From: Epithemia pelagica
Taxonomy: Eukaryota; Protista; Bacillariophyta
DNA: 64,000 bases
Reading direction: 5' to 3'
Assembly (NCBI GenBank): GCA_946965045.2
Contig: OX337242.1
Location: 2,418,001-2,482,000 of the forward strand
This document shows, piece by piece, positions 45,433 to 56,968 of this stretch (the first letter of the stretch is position 1; every line of letters begins with the position of its first letter). The notes under the pieces are model-generated. The model was given only the letters and a program-made list of their open reading frames with translations. It was not told the origin of the DNA and did no database searches. The position numbers were made by a program, and so were the translations under genes.

Positions 45433-48400
45433 ATGATGCAGCGAGCCGTCGTTTGCGCCGTTCGGAGGCGGAATACACAACCGCCGCCAACCACAAACAG
45501 GAGGGGCATGTTGTCCTTGTGGCGAGAAAAGAACCATGGCCGTTGGTATCCTGGTCCCACCGCCCGTCTATTGTCTTCGTCGTCGTCGTGTGGTGGTGGT
45601 TCCGTCGTGTCGTCGTACCGCAGCAGCAGAGTGTTGTTGTCGTCTTGTACGAACCATCCGTTGGGCCAGGGTCCTGTGGCTGTGGCGGGTGCTGCTGCTT
45701 CTCGTTGGTTCAGCACGAGCCAACCACCGACGATGCCAACCTCCCAGCCACACCAAGAATCCTCGTCGTCGTGGAAGCATGCGGTGGACCAATGGTTGAG
45801 CTTGCCCTTGGGATCGTCCCTGGGCCCGTCGTCGTCGTCATTGTCGTCCAATCATGATTCGTATCACTATTCGCACCACTGGTGGCAGCAAGCCCATGGC
45901 TTGGTGCAAACCTTGACCGAACAAGTCTTGTGGGACACGAATGACGACAATCCCTACCTGGCTGGCCCAAACGACGACAATGACGACGAGAACTACCACC
46001 AACTCCAAGCCCTGGTGCGTGTCTTGGATCGCTTGTGCGACCATGTCGAATATACCAAACAACAACCACAACAACAATTGCCGCAACAACAACAACAACA
46101 AGACCCACAACGACAAGAAACAACCGCAGCACCCATCCAGCACCCGTATTTGCCCCGGTGGAATCCCCTGGAATTGAATCTCGTCTTGGTGGCGTGGTTG
46201 CAACACTTTTCGCCCCGTTATGCCGTTGCGGCCCATAGCAATAGTACCACCAATTCTTGCGATCAACCATTGGACTTGACGGTTCCCTCCATGCTGGCCC
46301 GTGTCGAACGCTATGGTCCCCACTTGTTTGGTCCGTTGGTACACAAGAAGGACGACAATAAGAACGACAAGGACAATAAGGACCAGGAACAAGAAGACCA
46401 GGACCAACGCCTTCGTCCCTTGGTCTTGTTGTTGCAAGGCTGGCAACGACAAGCCCTGGAATTTGACTTGCCCTGGAGAAAGACTAGCAGCAGCAACAGC
46501 AATACCATTTCTCGTCAATCCACCGTGGGAGAGCAAGCCACGGCCCTCTATGAGTACTGGTACACCCAGCACCAACACAATGCCACACTCTGGACCAATC
46601 CGCGACATTCCGTCGTCGTCTTGGAGCAATTGATTCAAATCTGGTCCGCCTCGTTGGCCAACAAGCACCACAAACCCAAGAATCCCCAAGTCGCGTTGGA
46701 TCGCATGGACGAGTATTGGAAGCAAATTCAATATCGGCAACAACAAGACTTTCAAGCCGTGGTGGAAACCGTCAATTCCAACCACACCAGCCAATCGTTT
46801 GTGCCACGATTGGCACCGCCCAATGCCGCCCTCTATGCCACGCTGATTCAAGCCTATGGACGAGCGGCCGCACTGGCCGCCATGGACGGGTCGTCGTCGT
46901 CATCGTCCGTGGACCAGCAGCAGCAGCAGTACTGGACGCGCCTGGTGGACTTGTACGAGGAAATGACGTGGACGTGTCCCTCCAAAGATTGGACGCAAGA
47001 GTCGTGTTTGATTCCAGTTTGTCGGGCCTTGCAAGCTCTGGCCGCATTGCCATCGACGGCTCCTCAACAGTCGACCGCATCGGCGGCACGAGACAAGTTG
47101 GTATCCTTGGTCCGCGACGAATGGGGTCCCCATTTGGTGCCGTCGTTGCCCAACCAAGAAACCACGACCGATACTACGACGACGACGACCACCACCACCA
47201 CCACCACCACCACCACAGATCACCAAGCCGTGCCCAAACCCACTGCCACGCTGTGTCACATTGTCTTGTCGGCGCTGTGCCATCCAGTCCCCACGACTCC
47301 TACTAGTAGTAGTTCCAAGGACCACCCGAACAACAACCACAACAACGACACATCATCATCACACATGACACCTCTGGAATGGCTCCAACAAATGCAAACA
47401 TGGGCCGAGGTGACGGGAGACGATTCGTTTCGGCCGGATTTGGCCTGTTATACGACCGTGTTGTGGTCCTTGGTTCGTGCGGGACAGTACGAGCAGGCCG
47501 AGTCGTTGGTTCAAGACATGATGGAAAGCAATCTCGTGGCCCGGAAATCGACGGCCGTGGTGCCCCAACGAAACAAGAACAACAAGAAGTACTTTTCATG
47601 GCAAGAGGATCCACCATTTTCCTTGTGGAAGGAAATGGTGGACGAATGGTCCGACAAGTCGTCGACAAATCATCGTTCGGCCCTCTTGTACATGACCGAG
47701 TTGTTGCAACGATTGGTGCAACCACAAGACACTGTCCCAAACAAGACCAAAAAGAAGAAGAAACAGTCATCGTCCGTGTCATCCCTCCTGTCCACCACCC
47801 AAACGTGGAATCCACTCTTGGCGGCTCATGTGCGACACCAACAACAACACACGTTGCATCGGGGTCCAGCCGCCGCCGCCGCCAAGAGATTGGATCACAC
47901 CACTGCCAACCATGCCCAAGCCTTGTACGATTGGATGCAACATCAAACCAACGAACAACACCAACCGGACAGTACCAGTCTCTTGTTGTTACTCCAAGCA
48001 TGGGCTCATGCTGGAAAGCCATCCCAGGCCGACCATGTATTGCGTGAGGCAGCCACGTCCTTGTCCAACACTGTCACTTTGAATGCCCAACACTTTCAAG
48101 TCGTTTGGCAAGCCTATGCGCAAGAATCCAAGCATGATCCCGAAGCGAGTATCCAGGCCATGGCCCTCCTGGAATTCATGGAAGAGCAACAACAAGACGA
48201 ATCCCTGAAACCGACCCTGGAGAATTATACCAGTTTGTTTTGGACCTTGGCCCGATCGTCGTCGAAACACGATCCGGCACCGGCCATGGAATTGTTGTGG
48301 GACAAACTCATGCATCAATGGCGACCCATTGATGACGACGACAATTCTATGGACGACGACGAAGAAGAAGAAGAAGAAGAAGAAGAAGAAGCCAATGAGC

Positions 48401-49746
48401 TGGATGATTCAACTACTACGTCCATCCGTGATGTGGAACCAGAACAAGAAGAACCAGTCGATGAATCGGTCCATCCGACCGCCGAAACCTTTCATGCCGT
48501 TCTTTCTGGGTGGACCAAATCTCGTGAGTGGAGCTCCATGTTGTTGGCCGTGGAGTTGTTTGAAGCAATGGAACAGGCACCGTACAATGTCCGTCGCAAC
48601 TCACAGTTGTACCATACCCTCATGACGGCCTGGATACGACGCCAGCATCCCCAAAAGGTACAAGACCTTTTTGACGAATGGCAGACCCGACGGTCCAATG
48701 GAGAACTTGCCGACCAAGAGTACAACAAGCAGAGCCTTCAACCACCACCCGTTCGTCCCTCCTGGATGTGGTCGACTCGATTGCAAGCTTGGGCCAAAGC
48801 GGGCTATCCGGAAGAAACCTTTCAAGTACTCAAGGAATGGCTCCATCTCGCCAACGAAAGCACCAAACAAGACAGAAACAAGATCGCAGATGAGCATGAG
48901 GATTCTTCCTCATCTTCCTTGTCGGTAGCAACAGCAAAAGCACCCACGGTGGATCGCATGCCTCGAACCAGGGAATTCAATGCCGTATTGTTGGCATGGT
49001 TGCGATCGGATCGTCCCGAAGCAGCCGAAAAGGCGGAACTACTGTTGCAAACCATGACGGAATGGTCTCAGGCTGGAACCTATCGCTGTACGCCGGATTG
49101 GCAATCCTATTCGACCGTCATTGCGACACATGCCAAATCCAATGTACCCGAATCCGGGCGACAAGCCCTGTCATGGCTGTTCAAACTTCAAGGTATGACG
49201 CAACACCAAGAAACGGTAAAATCACAGAACCAGCATCCGCACAATGACAAGGATACTAATAGCACTGGATCGACTCGCCGGCAATTGTCCCGAAAGAAGA
49301 GAGCTGCCGCTAGTACTATCCCAGCACCCGATTTTGTCATGTATGCGCAAGTGCTGGCGGCGCTGATTCGTTCCCGAAACAAACGCACTTCGGCAAACGG
49401 AGACGCCATGAGCAATCTGGATGATGAGACTGAAGGAGGAGACGAGGAATGGTACATTCATCATTTGCTCAAAGAGATGCAAATGCAACAACAGCAAAAC
49501 GGAGATTCTTCCTCTTACGACTACAGTACCACACACGACGACTCGCCGAGCGGATCAGAGTTTGTGCGTCGTGATGGTGGTGGTGGCGGTCGTCGTCCGG
49601 TCAGCTTGAGTCAGACCAAAAACCTGTTGCTCCGTGTGCGACAAGAATTGCTAGCCAGCTCGTTTGTCACCCGAGACCATTTGTTGGCCGAATTGGACCT
49701 AGTCGAACACAGGACCATGATGGTACGCAACAACGGACGATCGTGA
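45433..49746 (+). CDS. Pentatricopeptide-repeat (PPR-like) protein of about 1437 aa, probably organelle-targeted
   Basis: Motifs PDLACYTTVLWSLVRAG, PTAETFHAVLSGW, PRTREFNAVLLAW and PDWQSYSTVIATHAKS, with an Arg/Ser-rich N-terminus. ATG at 45433. Confidence 0.85.
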   Translation: MMQRAVVCAVRRRNTQPPPTTNRRGMLSLWREKNHGRWYPGPTARLLSSSSSCGGGSVVSSYRSSRVLLSSCTNHPLGQGPVAVAGAAASRWFSTSQPPTMPTSQPHQESSSSWKHAVDQWLSLPLGSSLGPSSSSLSSNHDSYHYSHHWWQQAHGLVQTLTEQVLWDTNDDNPYLAGPNDDNDDENYHQLQALVRVLDRLCDHVEYTKQQPQQQLPQQQQQQDPQRQETTAAPIQHPYLPRWNPLELNLVLVAWLQHFSPRYAVAAHSNSTTNSCDQPLDLTVPSMLARVERYGPHLFGPLVHKKDDNKNDKDNKDQEQEDQDQRLRPLVLLLQGWQRQALEFDLPWRKTSSSNSNTISRQSTVGEQATALYEYWYTQHQHNATLWTNPRHSVVVLEQLIQIWSASLANKHHKPKNPQVALDRMDEYWKQIQYRQQQDFQAVVETVNSNHTSQSFVPRLAPPNAALYATLIQAYGRAAALAAMDGSSSSSSVDQQQQQYWTRLVDLYEEMTWTCPSKDWTQESCLIPVCRALQALAALPSTAPQQSTASAARDKLVSLVRDEWGPHLVPSLPNQETTTDTTTTTTTTTTTTTTTDHQAVPKPTATLCHIVLSALCHPVPTTPTSSSSKDHPNNNHNNDTSSSHMTPLEWLQQMQTWAEVTGDDSFRPDLACYTTVLWSLVRAGQYEQAESLVQDMMESNLVARKSTAVVPQRNKNNKKYFSWQEDPPFSLWKEMVDEWSDKSSTNHRSALLYMTELLQRLVQPQDTVPNKTKKKKKQSSSVSSLLSTTQTWNPLLAAHVRHQQQHTLHRGPAAAAAKRLDHTTANHAQALYDWMQHQTNEQHQPDSTSLLLLLQAWAHAGKPSQADHVLREAATSLSNTVTLNAQHFQVVWQAYAQESKHDPEASIQAMALLEFMEEQQQDESLKPTLENYTSLFWTLARSSSKHDPAPAMELLWDKLMHQWRPIDDDDNSMDDDEEEEEEEEEEANELDDSTTTSIRDVEPEQEEPVDESVHPTAETFHAVLSGWTKSREWSSMLLAVELFEAMEQAPYNVRRNSQLYHTLMTAWIRRQHPQKVQDLFDEWQTRRSNGELADQEYNKQSLQPPPVRPSWMWSTRLQAWAKAGYPEETFQVLKEWLHLANESTKQDRNKIADEHEDSSSSSLSVATAKAPTVDRMPRTREFNAVLLAWLRSDRPEAAEKAELLLQTMTEWSQAGTYRCTPDWQSYSTVIATHAKSNVPESGRQALSWLFKLQGMTQHQETVKSQNQHPHNDKDTNSTGSTRRQLSRKKRAAASTIPAPDFVMYAQVLAALIRSRNKRTSANGDAMSNLDDETEGGDEEWYIHHLLKEMQMQQQQNGDSSSYDYSTTHDDSPSGSEFVRRDGGGGGRRPVSLSQTKNLLLRVRQELLASSFVTRDHLLAELDLVEHRTMMVRNNGRS

Positions 49747-49866
49747 GAAGGAAACCACCCATGATATGCCGACCTATAAGAATACACCATCGCACTTGTC
49801 AATAATTAGCAAAAGATTTCTAGAATTAAGTTGCGTTTTTGCTGTAGGACTCCAGTGAATCCTTGG

Positions 49867-51006
49867 TTACAACTTTCCAACGAGATTAAGGTAGTAGGGA
49901 AGATGCAAGGCAAGGCCGGCATCCAACATGATAAAGGCAATGAAATGGTCCCATTGATTGAAGGTGGTTTCAGCCACTAGGCCTTCATAAATTCCACCCA
50001 GTGCCACGAGGAAAAAGGGAAAGGCTGCCATGAATCCCGTTGGTAAAATATCCAAGAGACTTCCCAAGACACCCAAATGACCGGACCATTCCAACGAGTG
50101 GAACATGTGTCCATAGGCATTCCATGCCACAATGGAATTGACCAAAAAGACGAGGAACAAGTAAATGGACAAGGGAAAGACGGGTCGATCTTGGGTGAGC
50201 CAGGTCCAGACCTTGCCCAATTTGACTGCATTCATGAGTTTGGGCAGTACCGTTGTACAATGAGGAAGTTGAGGGAAAAGTGTCATGACGACAAAGGTGG
50301 CTCCGACCAAGAATTGCATTCCAAAACTGTCCGTTCCAAAACTTGCCACGGCCGTCAAGAGGACTCCCAGTGTTTGAAAGGAAAAGAGCATTTGATAGGC
50401 CACAGCGCGCAGCCAGGCGTCATTGTAGGCTGGTTCTTGTTCGACCACACCGGTCGTGGTATTGGTGTAGGGATCCAAGGGATTTCGGAAGACGGCTACT
50501 TGCCATCCTTCGTATTGATGCATCATATTGCCACTAATGCCACCCCCAAACACTTGGCACAAATGCGCTAGCATCATGGCAGCAATGGCTTCCATACCTC
50601 GCGTTGTGCCTCCAATCGCCTGACCCAAGGCGATATTATTTTGAAACATGGTCCATACCAAATAAAAGCCAATCGGAAAACTAATCCAGTGGACCAATTC
50701 AATGAGATTGAGAATGGGTGCCTTGGCCGAATCGGCAGTTCCCACATCGTACAAGGAAGCCTTGGGTTCGGGTTTGGACAAGCCCCATCCCGTACCAGGA
50801 TAAATAATCTCATTGGGATTGCCGGGAGGTCCAGAATCACATCCCACGAACGAATCCCCTTCTTGATTGGCTGTCACATCGGCGTAGCGTTGTGTCGTTC
50901 GTGCAGTTTGGGGCTGTCTGGCATGGGACCGGCCACCAAGATGAAACGACAAGGCTTCATGAGGAAGAAGTAGTAGTATTAACAGAACCAAAGAAAAGGT
51001 CTTCAT
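49867..51006 (-). CDS. Predicted plastid-targeted polytopic membrane protein (379 aa), function unknown
   Basis: A signal peptide ending ALS-F, then an R/T/S-rich transit-like stretch. It has about 6-8 hydrophobic segments and several His-containing motifs. Confidence 0.75.
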   Translation of the reverse strand: MKTFSLVLLILLLLPHEALSFHLGGRSHARQPQTARTTQRYADVTANQEGDSFVGCDSGPPGNPNEIIYPGTGWGLSKPEPKASLYDVGTADSAKAPILNLIELVHWISFPIGFYLVWTMFQNNIALGQAIGGTTRGMEAIAAMMLAHLCQVFGGGISGNMMHQYEGWQVAVFRNPLDPYTNTTTGVVEQEPAYNDAWLRAVAYQMLFSFQTLGVLLTAVASFGTDSFGMQFLVGATFVVMTLFPQLPHCTTVLPKLMNAVKLGKVWTWLTQDRPVFPLSIYLFLVFLVNSIVAWNAYGHMFHSLEWSGHLGVLGSLLDILPTGFMAAFPFFLVALGGIYEGLVAETTFNQWDHFIAFIMLDAGLALHLPYYLNLVGKL

Positions 51007-51669
51007 GCTGTGTTGTTTGAGTTTGCGTTTTTGGTGACTTTTTGCTTGGTGTTGTGCTGAAGTTTTCGTGAGTCGGTTTGATTTATGGAGAGATGAAACG
51101 AATCACTGGGAATGCTCATTGTCAACTGAACGTCTAATCACGATTTGGCTTTCTCACGTCTTGTATTCTGGTATGAATGAATGTCTCCTCTCTCGTTTTG
51201 GACATGCACGTCATTCTGGCTTTTCATGGACGGCTGTGTGGCCGTTCCGCTTATCACGACTTTTTGGCATGCCACCGGGCGCGAATGGATAGTCGCGCTT
51301 CGTCATGGGTCGTGGTCTTGTTTCGTTTTGGTCGGTCGCGAGTGAGACCCACATCCGTCTCGAACACTGCAGAGGTCACGGCACTCTCCATGCGACATGA
51401 AAGTTTGTCACAGTAATCGACCCATGACTGACGTGTGAAGATTGGATTGGCTTATTGCAGTCGTCGTACTGTCCAATTGAAGTCGCTCCAAGATATGCGC
51501 GCGAGAAGATCAAAATCGTGACTAGACTACTCGAATCCAGCATACAGAAAAAAAGGACCCCACCCGTCGGCAATAACAGAGATGATCTCACAAAACAAAA
51601 AACCAAGATACTTCGAACAAACAATCTCACAAAACAAAACCAATCTTTTTCTAAAACAAACAAAAAACC

Positions 51670-54600
51670 ATGGTGAACGTCTACCTCTATGATTATCTCA
51701 AGGGTTTTACGGAACAACGTTTCCCCCCTACGACTACGACACAAACCTCGGCAAGCATTGTTGGCTCTCTCTTGTCCATTGCCAGTTTGATGGTCATGAG
51801 TGCCACTGGCATCTACATGGCCCAGCACTTGAACCAACCCTCCGTTGCCTTTCACTTGACCAAGAACCATGACATGTCCACTTGTCATGCTCATGATCCT
51901 GTCTTTGCCTCCCTCGTCTGCTATGTCGAAAATACCGTGTGTTTCTTTCCCAATGTCTTGTACACGGAAAATACCACGGCCCGATTCTTTGATGACTGTA
52001 ACAAGCATGTGTTGGAGAATCCACCGTCTTCAGAAGATGAACAAGTTGGCGGAGCTCTCTGGACCTTGCTTCCCTATTATTTTACCATTTATGGTGCCAC
52101 GTTGGGTTGGGTCTTTGAACTTGGCTTGCTGTTGACCGGTCATGCCTTTGATCAGTCGCTCAATCGCTTTACTTCCTACATCAGTCGCTTGCGAGTCCTC
52201 AACCTTGGCCCCGTTGTGGCGTCCCTCTTCTTTTATGCCACGGCACTCATGATCCCTGCAAGTGATGTACCCTTTCTCAAGTTCTTGATGTACACTGCCA
52301 TTTTCATGGTCACAGCCCTGTCGATTGGCTTGTATTGGGGTGGATACCGTGTCTTGGGCGGCATGGACATGCTTCCTCTCGTGATGTTGGGCATTCAAGT
52401 GGGCGAATTTGTCTTTGTGGTACGTCTGTAAGAGTGTGTCGAAACACAGACCCGAAACTGCCAGTAAACGTCTCACATTTGTGACCTTTATTTTCTGTTT
52501 CCTAGATGACTCGTGATCCTGTGGCTGGTGGAAATGCTGTCAAGTATACCTTGGCCTTGGCGCCTGTCTTTCAATTCATGGCATTCTTGCAAGGAACGGC
52601 CACTCCCATTAAGAGTTTTTATTTTCACACTTTGAGCACCATCGGAGCCGTTTGCCTATACTTGGCCCTCATGTTGGCTGGAAACAGTGACGACACGGTG
52701 GCCATGGCAGTGCAAGACGCCATTCTCTCCAAGGAACCCTACCAACGCCAATGGCCCTATGTCTTGGCCACCATTGCCGTCGCTGTATTTACAGTGTTCA
52801 AGACCTTTCCACTCTTGTACCAATCGTTTCGCTCTGAAATCAGTTATGTCGTCTGGTCTCTCATGTACTTTGTCTTGGTTGGCAATCCGACTCCACCAGC
52901 ACCACCTCAACCATTGAGTCAAGTCTACAAAGTTGGAGCGCCCAAGCAGGTTACCATGCAGCCATATTCCGAATCTCACCCGTACCAAGTGGCAGCAAAC
53001 ATGGCCGTTCCAGCCATTGCGGGCGGTCTTCCAGAGACTGCCGCAGTAAATGCGGGAAGTCTTGTGCAACTCGTCACAAAACTATTTGGTGTGATTGCCA
53101 AACTCGACCGTTTCTTTCCTCAAGCCAACGTTGACACACCCCTGGAATACAAAGTCCGTTTGGGCGTCACAGAAGATGGTCAAGAACGGTACCCATCCAA
53201 CTTGTTCTCCCTTCCCATCCTCGACTTTCCAGCAATGGGCAAGACGTTGCAATATGCTCCCCAGCCAGCCGTGGATAGTTTCAAGGACGGCCAATACCTG
53301 GCCTACCTCGCCCAGTATGGTATTGGTAATACGTTTTTGAAACGCGCCAAGGAAACGACCACTTATCCCTTCTTTGAACTCGTGACCTCGGACAGCAATC
53401 ATCATGGCAAACATGGACATGAGAATGATACTCCCGGATTGGTGATTGACTTTCGTCACCTAGAAGAATACGAAGAAAAGGAGGATTATGAACCATATGG
53501 AGGAATTGCCTACTTTGTCGTCAATAAGAACAAGACCTTGGAACTCAAATGGGTTGTGGCTCCTCGTACCGAATACTGCGGTCCAAAAGAAGGCTGCCGT
53601 CTTTCGCCGGGCTGAGGCCATGATTGTGTCTTCTCTTTACTTTTCCGTTGTTGCGGGAAAGCACTTGGCGGAAATTCACATGACGTAAGTCGCATCTTGT
53701 ATTTACACATAGGGACGACACCATCCGAGGGATCCTGATACTCACGTTTGATTTGCCGTTTCCAGCTACAACTTGTTGGAAGTTGCCAATATCAACATGT
53801 TTGATTACGCTCTAAACGTGGGCATGGGCACCAATGCAACGGGTGGATTGAACGATTTCAATGGTCACCCGCTTCGGGTCATGCTGTACATTCACTTGTT
53901 TTCTCACGGCTTGGCCGAGGAACTCACAACAGAACATTTGGTACAGGAAAATGCGGTCTTCTCCCAAGTGTTTGCCCTGAAATACGACGCCCTCACGGAC
54001 TACTTGACCGGAGTGTACAACCGCTTCACGTATGCTTCGGACGAAGATTTTGAGGAGCGCCAAAAGGTCAATGAATTGATCAAGGGGACTCCGGACTATA
54101 CCTCAAAGAAAGCGGCACCACCAGTACACAATCAATTGGAATGGGAATTGGAATATTATGACATTTTCAAATCCTATTCTCAGGAAATCTTGACGGCCGT
54201 CTATCAAGGCAGTGATGAGAATGTGAAGAACGACCAGGCACTGCAAAAATACTATCAAGCGTTGGTGGGCATCTTTCACGAGTTGCCCGCTCGTTACGAA
54301 AAGTTCCAAACCCTCAAGGGCCTCATTACGTTTGCGGCCGATTCCATCAATCATTTGGTGATTCGGCATCAGTTTTACGGGACAACCGCCATTGCCTCTG
54401 CTATGGACCCTCGATTGGGAAGCACACAGACTTGCAAAGACGGCGGTCCTCCCGCCGTCGACGAATGGCGTTCGTTGGCCTATGTGGCCTTGGCCACAGC
54501 CTATGCCAATTTTGTTCATTTGTTGTACGAGCCAACGGATTACCCAAACGCAGATCCCAATGCACCACCTCCTCTCCTCAATGTCTTTGATGATGCGACT

Positions 54601-54843
54601 CCTGTGCCACTCGTCTCTGCCGGTGGTGACAAGGCCCTGTCCCAACCGAAATTGGTCAATACCATGAAAGAGGCGTGGGAATCCATGCAAACCAAATTGT
54701 CCAATCTTCAAACCAAGTGGACCGATGGGGGATCGTTGAACGATACAGATATGGAACCCGACCAGTACAACTACCGACAAGATGTCAATTACATGTACTT
54801 CTGTCCCTTGCCTCGCGACATTCATACCGGTCCAGGATATTAA
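51670..54843 (+). CDS. LOX: Lipoxygenase with a fused N-terminal multi-pass membrane domain (about 1000 aa); introns at 52420-52505 and 53685-53765; apparent frameshift near 53570
   Basis: KHLAEIH, HPLRVMLYIH, NHLVIRHQ, DENVKNDQALQ and C-terminal IHTGPGY. Both introns are GT-AG and keep the frame. Confidence 0.8.
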
Positions 54844-55426
54844 AAGGGATACCCGCGGACGCCGCAGTATCATGGTCTGCGCTTCGAAATGAGCTACCTC
54901 GCTATTTGTACTGATAACCTCGAGTAGTCATACTTGTTGCCAACATATCTCATTTGTTAGGAGTACAAGGAGTTGGTTCCGGCTGTTGTCGGGGATAAGT
55001 TGAAGCGAATGAGAAAAAGATATGAAGAATGCCCTCATCATTGAGGATCCATTGATATCAACAGGAACGAAGACAATAATGGTATAGGACGAGTGGAACG
55101 GTCCATTCTGTCGTGACTCACCTTAGCTGGGGGGTAAATGCTGTCGTAGTGTTGAATAGTCCATTGGATTTACCTCTCCCAATATAAGTAACCAGACTAC
55201 GGTAGGCAGATGGGTCATGGTTTCGTTTCGAATCATAAAGACGACTGAGATGCGACGTATCACGAATAACATGCGCTCACTGTGCGACACGTGGAGCTTC
55301 TGGCAAGAAGGTCTTGCCGCGGTCGTGCCGCCATACGCGCAGAAAACGCGCGGGACTCACGGCCATCTCTCTATTCCATGTTCCCCGGTAAACTTGAAAG
55401 ACAAACGATAGAGAAGTTGGACCACC

Positions 55427-56968
55427 ATGGCGGCCTCGTTCCGCCCACTGGACCTGGAAACCATATCAAACACGGCTGAGGAGATCATATCGGTGGCGCC
55501 TTTGTTTGATGGAGAACAAGCATTGTCCAAAGATCGGGATCAACTCTTGGACTTGAGTGGTTGTTGCGGCCCCGTGCACTTTGTTCCAGACCGTGTCTAC
55601 GTGCGGGATGAAATGCAACATGTGCTGAACACAGTGATATCCAAGGAACCTCCAACGACACTTGTCGTGATTGGAAGTCCCGGAGTTGGAACGTCGGTCG
55701 TGTTCTTCCTGGCAGCTCTCAACCTTGCGGCGATACAACAGAAGCGCGTGATTTATCTGCGTTGGGTCGAACACAGCGACAAAGAGAAACCCACACTCTT
55801 TGTGATGGAACCAGCAATGAACAAACCTGGTCACTGCACTCTTGGGCAATTGTCATTTTTTAAATTTCAACATTCGGTGGAGGATGTCGCGAGAGCGGCC
55901 GTAGAGTATGGCTACCCAACCAATGGCACTTGGAGGTTTCTGTTGGATGGACCCAAGGAATCCACCGTCAAGTCCCTCAGTGGTATGTGTTTCGACTTGT
56001 GTGCATCCGGGGGGTACAAAACCCCTTCGGACGCAGCTCGAATGACAACAAACATCAAAATCATGGGTAGATGGACAGAAGACAGTCTCGTTCAGGCCAT
56101 GATCCATCTCAAGAAGCTCACGGCACAACGAGCAAAGCAGGTGTATGCTCACTGTGGCGGTCGCATACGTTTGGCTCTCAACTATGTAGAGGACGAAACT
56201 GCGGTCCAAAACTGGGCGGACACTGTTGTCGCGGATCTTGGGGGCGCCCCTGGCATTCTGGCAAGGAATGAAACCAACGCCAGGACCTTGGTGGAACGCC
56301 AGGATCAACTGCGAACCATGTTTGAGGGCACCACTGGACGCCCCATACAGCTTGTGGATTCACACCATCTCTTGACGACGACCAGACTTTGGGATCGCGT
56401 GACCACGGACGACCTGCGGCAGGCCTACAACGTCGCCGTTGATCTGGATTCGCGGACCATGATGGAGGTATTGTTGGCCGAACTGATGCACAAGTGGTTC
56501 CAGCGGGCCCAACCGTCGCCGATGATTGGACTTGTCCGCTCCAAACGAGGGACAACGAACTGTGAACATGGAGTTGGTGATTTGACGGAACCTTTGATCT
56601 ACTGGGTTCCCAGTACTCCAAAGTTCGCGAACATTGACGCTGCCTTTCTTGACGCCAACGATGAATTGCACTGTATTCAGTACACGATCCGGGACTCTCC
56701 TCGCTTTCACAAGGAAACGTTTGAAAACGACCTTGTGGCGGAGTTGAAACCCCAATTTCCCAATGGTTTCCAATGTGCAACCATCTACTTTGCCGTCCCA
56801 ACCGGAGTCCACTTGGATCTACAAGATCTTGGTGCCTTTCAAAGTGACGGAGAAAGGACACGTTGCCAGTTCCAAGTTGTCCATTTGAACATTGACACGG
56901 ACGACGAGATACAATCGTCGGCCACGACATTCTTCCCCTTCTTATTGGATAGCCCTCAATCAAGTTAG
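55427..56968 (+). CDS. Crinkler/RHS-like protein: degenerate P-loop NTPase plus a C-terminal restriction-endonuclease-like domain
   Basis: VVIGSPGVGTS (Walker A with K>T), FLLDG (Walker B-like), CGGRIRLAL, and WVP..PKFANIDA...IQYT. Confidence 0.65.
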   Translation: MAASFRPLDLETISNTAEEIISVAPLFDGEQALSKDRDQLLDLSGCCGPVHFVPDRVYVRDEMQHVLNTVISKEPPTTLVVIGSPGVGTSVVFFLAALNLAAIQQKRVIYLRWVEHSDKEKPTLFVMEPAMNKPGHCTLGQLSFFKFQHSVEDVARAAVEYGYPTNGTWRFLLDGPKESTVKSLSGMCFDLCASGGYKTPSDAARMTTNIKIMGRWTEDSLVQAMIHLKKLTAQRAKQVYAHCGGRIRLALNYVEDETAVQNWADTVVADLGGAPGILARNETNARTLVERQDQLRTMFEGTTGRPIQLVDSHHLLTTTRLWDRVTTDDLRQAYNVAVDLDSRTMMEVLLAELMHKWFQRAQPSPMIGLVRSKRGTTNCEHGVGDLTEPLIYWVPSTPKFANIDAAFLDANDELHCIQYTIRDSPRFHKETFENDLVAELKPQFPNGFQCATIYFAVPTGVHLDLQDLGAFQSDGERTRCQFQVVHLNIDTDDEIQSSATTFFPFLLDSPQSS

